DNA of 64,000 nt from Octopus sinensis (lineage: Eukaryota), in contig NC_043018.1 of assembly GCF_006345805.1 (NCBI RefSeq), positions 2,480,001 to 2,544,000 on the forward strand. The letters are read 5' to 3'. The notes under the pieces were generated by a model. The model was not told the DNA's origin and searched no databases. It saw only the letters and a program-made list of their open reading frames with translations. Positions 52,715 to 64,000 of the stretch are shown here, one piece after another. The position numbers and the translations under genes are program-made. Positions within the stretch are counted from its first letter, which is position 1; each line of letters opens with the position of its first letter.

Positions 52715-54574
52715 TATATTACATACTGATATTGCTATCATGCAATAATTAGAAGCAGACGAAACTCAATACGTATCTAAGCTATTCGATATAGTTAACT
52801 GCATTCAAAGCATTTGGTAAAATTAATTCCAATTTCATTCCAATTTCCAAGAATTTTCCATGTGAACATTTACGTGACATTGTTTATTGATCAACCAACG
52901 TTGTGTTCCACTGATAAGGCGAATTATATCGAAGTTTCTAAATCGTTAACTAAACAAAATACACAAGCACAATGCACATATACGCACAGACACACACATA
53001 CGCCACACACACACACATACACACACACTCGTACACACATTACATATAAACAGATATATACATGCACCCACATGTAGATGCATTTATATACACATTGGCG
53101 AACATACTTCAATAAAATCGCAAATTCTGCATCTCAAAGTTATGCCTGAAAGCTATATAATTTAAGATCTTCAACGAGTGGTACTCTAATGATGGTAGTC
53201 TAATGAGGGTACTCTAAGGATGAGGAAGGCTTCTGTTAAACATTCATTTCGGATTCGAATCCCGGTTGTCACAACCTCAATATTTTGCGATTGTTTCTCT
53301 GGATGCATTTTCTGACAGAGCAAGTCTATAATGAAAGGCGTTCCAGCTTTTACAAATCTGTTTCACTTTCAGATTTACATACTATATTATGCAATATATT
53401 TTTTGCATTTTGTCATAGAATAAACAGTGAGTTGATGTGTCATAGCTTCTATTTCAAGTAGATCAAGTGACCGTGCGGTTTCCCTTTGTAAAGTCCCTAT
53501 CTTAATGTTGATGGTGGTACCACAACATGAGCAAATAAAGTAGAATATAATCAATGAAATAAGAAGAAGCTTATATTTAGGCCTAAAGTTTATCGAAAAT
53601 GTTCAACTCTTTATACCAAACTCTGTGAAATTTCATAATCTTGCTGATACAATGTCGAGAAAGGTTCCGTCAACAATTTCTGCAATAATTATTAGTTAAT
53701 ATTCATGCTATATCTTCAACAATCTTTGGTCAATATCTCAATGAATTAAGCAGTGCATTGCTTTAAGAACATCTCTATTGATAATATATTATAAAGAATT
53801 TTGATTATCTAAAGCTTGCATTCAGTTTAATTATTTAGTTGATTGTTTTATGCATAATAGCTAGTTATCCTGCTCTTAAATAACTCCTCATCCATAAACT
53901 AGTTCAGCAACAAGCAGCTACTTACGTTCCTGTCTGTTTAACATTGTTACTGCTTCCGATATGGATCGATGATGCATAAATCAAATAAAACAGGAATGAA
54001 AAGAGAAACAATACTCATAATTTGCTTTAACTAGAGACGGAAGTTTCCTGCACATTGAAGATAGATTTGGGAAATGGAGGACTGAGTTATCTTTCATAAA
54101 TTTCATACAGAATAGTAGTAATTAAGCTGGACTCTTAATTTAACCACATCATTTGGATTAAACGAATACAAAATTTATTTTAACCCAGCACAAACCGAAA
54201 GAATATGAAGTGGAATCAAATTGGGGAAAATCGCACGCCAAGGTAAGAGATGACATACATTGTTGTCAGTAAAATTCAGAGATCATTCAGAATCAGCCAA
54301 TGGTGGTAGATTCGACCTGGTGGGAGAGAGAAATTCTTCTTTCCCATAAGATGTAAAGGTTTGAAGTTTAAATAAGATTAAATGAATAAGGTCATATAAA
54401 ACACGGGAACTGGCAATATAGAAAGGAAAATTCCTCGAAAAAACTTTTGCGAAAAATTATTAAAAAACTGCTCGTTAAATTCTAGAAAAAAGGTAACAGT
54501 ACCTTATACTACTGTAGTAAAGTTCATGTAAACAATTGGCACATTTTTAATCGCGGGAACCCAAAAGCTGAGGT

Positions 54575-54720
54575 ACACTAGGGTTAGTGTCATGGTTTAG
54601 CGTTGGGCTTCAGGGTTAGTATCAGGGTTTAGAGTTGAGGTATAGGGTTAATATTAATGTTTAGTGTTAGAGGTGAAGGTTGGGGTTGAGGGTCAATCCT
54701 AATAGCGGATAACCTAGGGT
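54575..54720 (+). repeat. Degenerate TTAGGG-like hexamer tract
   Basis: CTAGGGTTAG...TCAGGGTTAG...TCAGGGTTTAGAGTTGAGGTATAGGGTTAA... Confidence 0.5.
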
Positions 54721-55911
54721 TAATCAATTAGAAATATATTTTTAGTAAAGATTTCTCTAAAATGAATAACATAATCAGATTCAGTGCGAAAAATTGCATC
54801 AATATAACACATTTGAAACATTTGACTTAATTTTACGTTTTCGAAAACTGGGACAGCAAAACAAGACTGAAAAGTTTCTCTGTCAGATACAATGTCCAAA
54901 AACGCGATTCGAAAAAGAAAAAAAGCCTCAGTGAAATATGTTTTTGAAGACAAAAAAAAAAGAACAAAAAAAACTGCAAACTGCAGAAATAGTTCAATTC
55001 ATATTAACAATTGATTCCTTTCCCTTTTTTGTAGCGAAAATTCAAAAACGAAAGTTTAGAATATAGGTCCTCGTCAAAGAAGATAGGCTTTAAAAAAATA
55101 CAGGTGTAGTACTTTGAAACAGATAACACCTTGGCTTGTTAATATGGAAACAGGAACCAATGTTTCTGTGAATTTCGATTGGCCAAAATTACCCAAATTT
55201 TATATATTTTAAAAGCTATTAACTTTTCATTTGCTAATTTATACCAAAACTCAATTTCAAACTACATCAGGAAACAAATTTATAAAATAATTTGAAGAAA
55301 GTTAAAACACAAAAACTGAAAACTGTGACAGCAACAGAAAAGGTTTAAAAAAAGTTTTTACTTGTCATCACGAATACCATGACAATTATCAGTAATTTGT
55401 GCCGACTGTATATAAGAAATCTATAACATATCACATATATATATCAATATATATCATAGCAACGGAGTTTAAATCTACGTGTGATTAAATTGAAAAAAAG
55501 CCGAATATTAGATTTTGTTTCACCTCACCTAGATTTCATACTTCAATGTATGCATTCGAATACACGCGTTAATTTAAACTCCTACTACACAGATGGTGGA
55601 GTATAACCGCATAGATTATTTAATATATGCCTTCATATATCTTTCCTAACCATCTCGTTGTTAAGATACATTTGTCTTCCTACCACCTTCCACAATAAAA
55701 TGACACTACATTAAAAAAAAAAACATTTACTCGTAATGACGTGATCAACCCAAACCAAAATAGCGGATTTCTGCCTATATTAAAGTAGTTTCTCATTACA
55801 AGTGATTACTAAGGAGTTTATATTTGGAAAGGGAAAGAACATTGAATAAACTCTACATTATATATTCCATTGCCAAACCTCAAGTGTGATTCATTATCAT
55901 AGTAAAAATAA

Positions 55912-55940
55912 CTAGCTGGACCCGTGAAGAATTCACGGAA
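55912..55940 (-). mobile_element. Isolated Helitron-type 3' end
   Basis: CTAG next to the hairpin CCGTGAA-GAA-TTCACGG. Confidence 0.4.
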
Positions 55941-57740
55941 AATATATTTAAAAAAATGTAAGCATCTGTGGTTTGTGTGCTGGTGCCATGAGAAATGTTT
56001 CTATATTGCGACAGTTACAGAATATAGAAAGAAGTGGTAAAACCGATAACTAAATAATCCAACCAAAATTCAAAATCCAAAATCAGTTATACAAATGTAA
56101 ACACAGTTACTACTTAGCCTTAAAATACATCGTACATATTCAAAGAACCTTCTTGGTTTAGTGGTACGGAACGTTCTTTTGGTATTCTCTTACTTGTTTG
56201 ACGTGGCCATGCTGGAACACCGCCCTTTAGTTGAAGAAATTGACCGATTGAGTTATTCCCTGCAAGCCTGGTGCTTATTCTATCAGCAGCTAAGTTACGG
56301 GAACACAAACACAGACACAAACACGCACACACATAAAAATTTTATATATATATATATATATATATGACAAGGTTCTGACTATCAAAATATAGAGTTGAAT
56401 TTCGTGGAGCCACCTGTTGGCAACTTTTTTCCCTCACCCTTTTGTAGATGTTGCATTACCCGTTTTACTTTACTCTTTTCATAGCTATACCCCGTTCGAA
56501 ATTTGCATTAGTTTTTGAAGGGAGCGGCGTTTTATTTTTTAGTTTGTAGAGAAAACGTTAAACGTACCTAGAAAAAACACGGTCCTCCCCCATCCCCACC
56601 CTAACTAAAAGACATGAAGAACTATAAAAGAAGGCGAATAAGTACTGGGGTGGGGAAAAGAAGAGAGAACTAACAGTAGATCGTTCTAGAACTCCTAGAA
56701 TAAAAACGTAAACACGTGAAAGACTTGCCCTCTATTCGTTACTAAATGTATTTCCCTCTTCTTCATTGTTAAAAGTCAAGAAGCTAGAAAAGATCAATCG
56801 TATTTCAGTCTAATTGCAACTTGCGCGTGAATTTAACTTGCACACGGTTCGTTGATCAGATAAACAGGAACCACGTGGCCGTAACCAACAGAGTGCCATT
56901 TTTTAAAAAAGACGGGAAAGAAAAGGAAATGTTCCATATCGCAAGGGAAACATGTTATGTGTTTAGTATAAGCAGTGCGAGCTAAGACGAAATGATTGCT
57001 TTTCCATCGCGCATTCGCCCCCGACTCAGTTTGATAACAATAGCCTGCACATCGGCGTTTATATGAGAGGCTTGGCCTCCAGATCTGTAAGACTGTTAAT
57101 CAAAGGGGACATATCTGTTAGGACCGGATTAACACGCATAGTGACCCTCACTACCAAAAATATTTTCCTGCCGCTATATAACATTTTTTTCGTTTTCTTT
57201 CAACCACTTGAAGGTTTATTTTGCTCCAATCCATTCACCTGGCCAAAATGAGTTGTAGCTGTAAATCAAAGGGGACAGCTGAATCTCTCTGAGAACTACG
57301 TTGATGATATGCATATCTGTGGAGTACTCAGCTACTTGCGAGTTAATTTTATCCTCGTGTGGTAAGGAAAGTGAAAGTGACGTCCCGTATTTGTGTGTAT
57401 GTATGTATTAGCTTTTCTTTGGACCTATGCATCTACTGTCTCTCTCATTTCTCCGCTTTCTCTTTCATTTCCTGTGTCGCTCCCTTCTCTCGCTTTTAAT
57501 TTAACAATGTGTGTATGTATCCAGGTATCTACTTTTCTTGCAATGTGATAAACATTTAGAAACATAAAACGAACGTTGTCACCACCTTCTTTCTCTCTCT
57601 CACTTTCTCTTCCTTTCTCTCTCACTTCTTTTCTGTCCCTCTGTATCTCTTGCTTTGCACTCACTTCTTTGAAGTAAGTGTGACACATACACCAGGTAGT
57701 ACAAAAGGAACAAATTGGCATATTAATATGATTGATAATG

Positions 57741-57798
<58 letters not shown>

Positions 57799-57823
57799 TA
57801 ATAATAATAATAATAATAATAAT

Positions 57824-58190
57824 ATTGTCTCTAAAAGAAATGGAGAAACTCTCAAAATACAAAGACCTGGAAATAGAGGTAACCAGAATGTGTGGAATCT
57901 AAAACAGAAACAATTCCTATCATAGTAGGTGCATTAGGCATGATAAAAAAATATTCAGACAAATACATAACAAAAACACCAGGACGTACAAACACATATA
58001 ACATACAGAAAATGCACTACTAGGCACTGCACACATCCTACGCAGAACACTTTCCATACAATAACCATCAGAGTATCACAACAAATCACGCACATACCCA
58101 AGGCACACAGAGAGCGCTGCGTCGGTAGTGAAGTGAAAGCACGCTATAAAAATAAAACTACTGAATAATAATAATAATAATATGACTACA
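57824..58190 (+). mobile_element. Dong/R4-clade 3' end embedded in (AAT)n
   Basis: LSKYKDLEIEVTRM...TETIPIIVGALGMIKKYSDKYITKTPG...LGTAHILRRTLSIQ*, followed by a 3' UTR ending in (AAT)n; (AAT)n also lies upstream. Confidence 0.85.
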
Positions 58191-58382
58191 AATCCAAGGC
58201 TTTGAGTTGGCAGAGTCGTTAGCACACTGGATCCAATGGTTAGCAGCATTTGTTTCGGCTCCTTACATCTGATTTCAAATGGTGCCGGGGAAAACTTTGC
58301 CTCCATCTTGTGAGGGGTTCTATGAAATAAAGTATGGGCGAAACACTGGTATCAATGTAATCCATATACACTCTGTTCTCAC

Positions 58383-58541
58383 ATGTATGTATGTATGTAT
58401 GTATGTATGTATGTATGTATGTATGTATGTATGTATGTATGCATGCATGCATGCATGCATGCATGCATGTACGTACGTACGTACATACGTACGTACGTAC
58501 ATACGTACGTACGTACGTACGTATGTGTGTATGTATGTATG

Positions 58542-58573
<32 letters not shown>

Positions 58574-58863
58574 TGTATGTATGTATGTATGTATGTATGT
58601 ATGTATGTATGTGTGTGTGTGTGTATGTATGTATGTATATATGTATGCATGTATGTATGTATGTGGTGTGTGTGTATGTATGTATGATGTGGTGTGTGTG
58701 TGTATGTATGTATATGTATGTTGTGTGTATGTATGTATGTATATGTATGTATGTATGTGGTGTGTGTGTATGTATGTATGTATGTGTGTGTATGTATGTA
58801 TGTAGTATGTATGTATGTATGTATGTATGTATGTATATATGTATGCATGTATGTATGTATGTA

Positions 58864-58894
<31 letters not shown>

Positions 58895-58943
58895 ATGTAT
58901 GTATATATGTATGCATGTATGTATGTATGTATGTATGTATGTA

Positions 58944-58974
<31 letters not shown>

Positions 58975-59129
58975 GTGTGTATGTATGTATATATGTATGC
59001 ATGTATGTATGTATGTATGTATGTATGTATATATGTATGCATGTATGTATGTATGTATGTATGTATGTATGTATGTATGTATGTATGTATGTATGTATGT
59101 ATGTATGTATGAATGCATGCATGTATGTA

Positions 59130-59170
<41 letters not shown>
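58383..59170. repeat. ~790-bp (ATGT)n compound microsatellite
   Basis: Includes (ATGC)n and (ACGT)n variant blocks; source of the 274-332 aa pseudo-ORFs. Confidence 0.97.
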
Positions 59171-59652
59171 ATAAGCATGTGACAGGGGTCGAGAACAATA
59201 CATACACTTTCAGACAAGACGACTATAACCGTTGCCATACCAACGAACGGGTAATGAACTGATAGTTTTGTTTAAACTGTTTTCATGAAAACGATTCAGA
59301 TGGCACGTAGGATTAGTTTCTAAAATAAACATATATCTAATAAACAGTTCGCACAAACAAAGAGTACGAGAAGCCTAATCGAAGAATATATTTTGAATGA
59401 AGAATACAAGGAAAGAATCTAAATCCTTTGTAATGAGTGTAATTGATGTACTGAATTTTAATTACTTTAAAAAATTGCACTTTGAGTTAATTTTATGTCA
59501 AGACTAAGAATTCTCGCATTTTGTCTGTAGGAATACAAAGAGCTTCCATAAAAAGAATTATGTCCCACACGTATGTATAAGTAAATAAATGAATAAATAA
59601 TTATATATGTGTGTCTGTTTCTGTGTGTTAAACTGGAATACAAGAATATTGT

Positions 59653-59716
59653 TGACAGCGACTTCGAAGTATCGGCCAGTGAAGAATCCGATCATGGCTT
59701 AACTGGCCGAAACTTG
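59653..59716. ncRNA. Two oppositely oriented partial hammerhead remnants of the same family as 4481-4514
   Basis: Plus strand: CCGATCA-T-GGC-TTAACTG-GCC-GAAACTT (59688-59715). Minus strand: ACTGGCC-GATAC-TTCGAA-GTC (59680->59660). Confidence 0.45.
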
Positions 59717-59856
59717 GGAGACACTATCAACACTAATTCACGTTTAAGAATACACTCTTATTCTCCCAAAATATAAAGAAACTCATGAGATTAATGTAAA
59801 ATTGTTTTTTACAGTAACTAAACATAAAAATAAACATTAACGCTAATGTACGTAAA

Positions 59857-59991
<135 letters not shown>

Positions 59992-60800
59992 GTATGTATA
60001 TGTATATAAATATATATATATATACATATATGTATATGTATATATATATATATATGTATACATATATATACATACATAAGGTATGTGTTAAGACTATGTG
60101 GTGGTGTTCCTGTGCAATACTCTACTTTTGCACGGCTGATGACAATACATTTAATAAGCAAGTCGTAGTTAGATTACTTATCATACTGGAAACAGTTTAG
60201 CAAAAGATAAAATTCATATTTACGTTTCGTTAGCTTTTTGATCATTATTGCTAATATGAAGAGATAAAAAAGTGAATAAAACAGTTTATTGCACGATCAC
60301 AACCACATATGCACACACAAGCAAACTCACACACACACAACCAAACACTCATATATATACATATGAGCGTTTGGTGAGTGTGTATCGGTAAACGTATATA
60401 TATATGTATGCGTGTGTTTGTGTTTGTGAATAAGTATATGTATTTGTATATGTATATAAAGATATATATATATGTATATTTTGATATATATATATACATG
60501 TATACACTTACACACACACACATGTTTATCCGTTTTCATTATTTTTTCTCCCACCGTTTCTCCGACTCCGTTCAGTGCTGCTCCCCAAGCGCTATCAACA
60601 AACCCACTCATGTATCCTTATCACAAACCTGTCATATGTCTGTGTAGGAAATATCTTTGTTATTTTTATGAGGAAACTGTAATTGTTTCATTTCGTATCA
60701 GAATAACACCCAACCTCCAAAACACAAACACAAACACACCATCATTATTATCAATGTTATTATAGCAATATATATATATTATTATATATATATATATAAT

Positions 60801-60865
<65 letters not shown>

Positions 60866-60879
60866 ATATATATATAATG

Positions 60880-60926
<47 letters not shown>

Positions 60927-61012
60927 GGATACATACATATATGTATATATATATATATATATATGTTTATATATACACACACATATATATATACATACGT
61001 ATACATGTGTAT

Positions 61013-61044
<32 letters not shown>

Positions 61045-61066
61045 GTTATATATGTTTATATATATC

Positions 61067-61120
<54 letters not shown>

Positions 61121-61799
61121 TATACACACACACACACCACACATATATATATAAAGCGATATAATTTAAGGAAAAACACAAAGGCAATAGTAAATTTGCA
61201 ATATATTTTGATAAACCAACAACAAATAATATATGTAAGAATTAAATTACCATTTCATTTATCAGTTTATGCTAACATCACTAATAGAAATCGAATCATC
61301 AGATAAATTGTATATCACGAATGCTATATGATATTGTATATCATACACATACATGAACTCATATAGTAACACGGTGTTAGGTGCCCCTCTCTTCTTCACG
61401 GTTTCCCACTATCCTCTCTGTTGTTTGTGTTAAAAGTCTAGACGACAATAAAAGATTCAGACGACATTACGTGCTCGTCATCAGACCAGCGGCAGCTTAG
61501 CGAAATCTACCTTTGTCTGAGATGGTGCCATGTTTGATAAATACTTTAATAAATTTGGTTTTTTTTGCATTTATTTTAGTCATTTACTGTTATTTGACTT
61601 TTGTTTCTGTATTTGTGTTGCAAATTGGTGGGAAGGTCAATACGCTAATAAAAAAAAAGTACAACAACACAACTACATCACAAGAACAACTACAACAACA
61701 ACACTTGGACCGACATATAGGGGGCGATACAGTAGACATGGACAGTGGGGATTTTTCGCGGAAACAACGAGTATAATTAAAACAATAATAATGATGTCC

Positions 61800-62260
61800 A
61801 TCAAATGGTAAAAGGTATATAACAATGAAAGTTTAGCCATGGCAGAGGGTGGGGTTTAACCACCTGGAGTTGGCTCAGGTACCACACCAATCCAGAACCA
61901 CTCGACGCTTCGAGGGTATACGGGAAGGGCAGTCGTTTCCCTCTCAAATTCACTAGCCTACAGACCCATTATTAGAGTAGGTCCACTCACACGGACCATT
62001 TTCGCTACATTCACCCACCTTTTAGAAAATGTGCTGGGAGGCATCTCTTCTCCCTCCACACTTAAGTTCCTTTCCAAATGAAATTTGAAAAAGTTTTATG
62101 AGGGATTGACCAAAGAGAAAAGTGCCTATCTTCAGTCCTTCCAAACTGATCCCCCATACAACCTCTTTCGCTACTGCTATCAGACAGAAGAAAACTGCCT
62201 GCCCATCCGGACCGATCTACCGGCGGTGGATTGAGCTTCACTCTGTTTTTGTATCGCTGT
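61800..62260 (-). mobile_element. L1/Tx1-like ORF2 C-terminus plus 3' UTR
   Basis: GQAVFFCLIAVAKEVVW...GLKIGTFLFGQSLIKLF (frameshift) PSTFSKRWVNVAKMVRV...L* resembles the Tx1-type ORF2 terminus. Confidence 0.55.
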
Positions 62261-62282
62261 TCTTCCGGTAAAAATTTCATCT

Positions 62283-62498
62283 TTTCTTTCTTTTTTATTC
62301 TTTTACTTGTTTCAGTCATTTGACTGCGGCCATGCTGGAACACCGCCTTTAGTCGAGCAAATCAACCCCGGGACTTATTCTTTGTAAGCCCAGTACTTAT
62401 TCTATCGGTCTGTTTTGCTGAACTGCAAAGTGACGGGGACGTAAACACACCAGCATCGGTTGTCAAGCAATGCTAGGGGCACAAACACAGACACACAA

Positions 62499-62537
<39 letters not shown>

Positions 62538-62705
62538 GATATATACGACGGGCTTCTTTCAGTTTCCGTCTACCAAATCCACTCACAAGGCATTGGTCGG
62601 TCCGGGGCTATAGCAGAAGACACTTGCCCAAGATGTCACGCATTGGGACTGAACCCGGAACCATGTGGTTGGTTAGCAAGCTACTTACCACACAGCCACT
62701 CCTGC
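62283..62705 (-). mobile_element. SINE family C copy
   Basis: Reverse complement closely matches 44717-45134. Confidence 0.88.
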
Positions 62706-63361
62706 GATTATCGTTTATGAAATTTGAATAAATTTTAGCTTGTCTCAATTAAGTAACTACGGAATGGAAAGGGGGAAATAGGAACGGTTTGAGTTATTTG
62801 ATCACCCAACAAACTTATGGATCTTTAGTTTACCCGTCTAGATGGAAAACTCTCCTCATCAGATAGAGAAAATATTGTCACAGAGATGCTAGAAATCACA
62901 TGCCATGCCTACTGGAGAAGAATGTAGTTCCGTTGCCTAAGTAAATGAATGCACACTGCCAATAGGTCGGAAGTCGATACAAACTTAAATGGATACATCT
63001 CTTGGATACATATATACATACATACAAGTACACGCCAACTTGTATATACATAAACATACGGATGAATATATGTGCGTGTATGTGCATATATATATATATA
63101 TGTGTGCATGTATATAATATAATATATATATATATATTATATATATATATATATATATACAAATATATACATGCATGTATATACATTTATATATATATAT
63201 ATACATACACAAACACACACACACATATTTATATATATATGTATATATATATATATATATATATGGGACGTTCTGAGTCTGCGCAGTGATCTGATTAGTT
63301 AGAGAGAGCAAATCATTAGAAGCACATGCTTCTAGTGAGTTAGGATCTCAGAACAACAGGG

Positions 63362-63435
63362 CTCTTACCGATGAATTCTCCCTGAGCAAATAAATTATCT
63401 TTATTGCTGAAAAGAACGAAACTGCAGTCTAAGAG
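63362..63435 (+). ncRNA. Type-I hammerhead ribozyme motif, copy 1 of tandem unit (two core-region deviations)
   Basis: Stem I CTCTTA(63362-67)/TAAGAG(63430-35), core CCGATGA(63368-74), stem II (A)TTCT...AGAA(C) with an upper hairpin AGC-A-AATAAA/TTTATT-GCT, then GAAAC-TGCA-GTC(63418-29). ACTGCAGT is a palindrome. Predicted cleavage is after GUC at 63429. Deviations from consensus: U4->C and an A.C mismatch at 10.1/11.1. Confidence 0.8.
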
Positions 63436-63765
63436 GAACCGAGTTAGTAAATGTTTTTATCTTCATTTCACTAAATTTATCTAGCTTCTGTGTTTCTAGC
63501 ACATATTTCGCCTTAATGTACTGATATATGAAAAATATATGGCTTGTGCTAGAAATACCAGCGATAATAATAATTAATTTTATTTTATCGCAATTTGACT
63601 TGTTTACATCTTCTCGATAAATTTTGAGCGTTAGACAATATACCAGAAATCCCTAGTTTTGTCGGGACGTTCTGAGTCTGCGCAGTGATATGATGATAGT
63701 TAGAGAGAAGAGCAAATCATTAGAAGCACATGCTTCTAGTGAGTTAGGATCTCAGAACAACAGGG

Positions 63766-63837
63766 CTCTTACCGATGAATTCTCCCTGAGCAAATAAATT
63801 CTTTATTGCTGAAAAGAACGAAACTGCAGTCTAAGAG
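63766..63837 (+). ncRNA. Type-I hammerhead ribozyme motif, copy 2 of tandem unit
   Basis: Same fold as 63362-63435: CTCTTA-CCGATGA-ATTC...GAAC-GAAAC-TGCA-GTC-TAAGAG. Predicted cleavage is after 63831. Confidence 0.8.
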
Positions 63838-64000
63838 GAACCGAGTTAGTAAATGTTTTTATCTTCATTTCACTAAATTTATCTAGCTTCTGTGTTTCTA
63901 GCACATATTTCGCCTTAATGTACTGATATATGAAAAATATATGGCTTGTGCTAGAAATACCAGCGATAATAATTAATTAATTTTTTTATCGCAATTTGAC

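Larger units (their letters stand above)
63265..64000 (+). mobile_element. ~400-bp direct tandem repeat with one hammerhead per unit (candidate non-LTR retrozyme or PLE pLTR tandem); truncated by window end
   Basis: GGGACGTTCTGAGTCTGCGCAGTG starts at 63265 and again at 63664 (period 399). The units are nearly identical apart from a few small indels. (TA)n lies immediately to the left. Confidence 0.7.

Noticed and set aside
58240-59238. Longest ORFs (274-332 aa) and all other YIYI/HTHT/CVCV/poly-I/L/N ORFs
   Set aside because: They are translations of microsatellites that lack stops in several frames on both strands; not genes.
63265-64000. The tandem duplication as a pure assembly artefact
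   Set aside because: The copies differ by several indels and a substitution, which favours a real duplication; not fully excluded without reads.

Overview
This is an AT-rich, microsatellite-saturated eukaryotic window. No host protein-coding exon, rRNA or true tRNA gene can be supported, so it is intergenic or deep intronic. The tRNA-derived SINE families, Dong/R4-like LINEs in (TAA)n and very high (TA)n/(ATGT)n density best fit a coleoid cephalopod, probably an octopus; that is my pattern recognition, not a database result. Nearly all long ORFs in the supplied track are translations of simple repeats. Recognisable content: a decayed, apparently full-length mariner with TIRs and TA TSD (39790-41021); Dong/R4, Hero-like, RTE and L1/Tx1 LINE fragments; Penelope-like element (PLE) RT/GIY-YIG remnants; several Helitron-type non-autonomous elements; about 20 SINE copies; and a 100-N gap. 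The most interesting signals lie outside the ORF track. (1) A ~400-bp direct tandem repeat at the right edge (63265-64000) has a type-I hammerhead ribozyme fold in each copy, a retrozyme/circRNA-like layout. (2) At least six more minimal hammerhead motifs or remnants sit in short (TA)n-anchored PLE-like ends, several with a CCGANGA core instead of CUGANGA. (3) There is a recurrent set of (TA)n-flanked foldback palindromes. (4) An L1/Tx1 ORF1 fragment lies inside Helitron termini.
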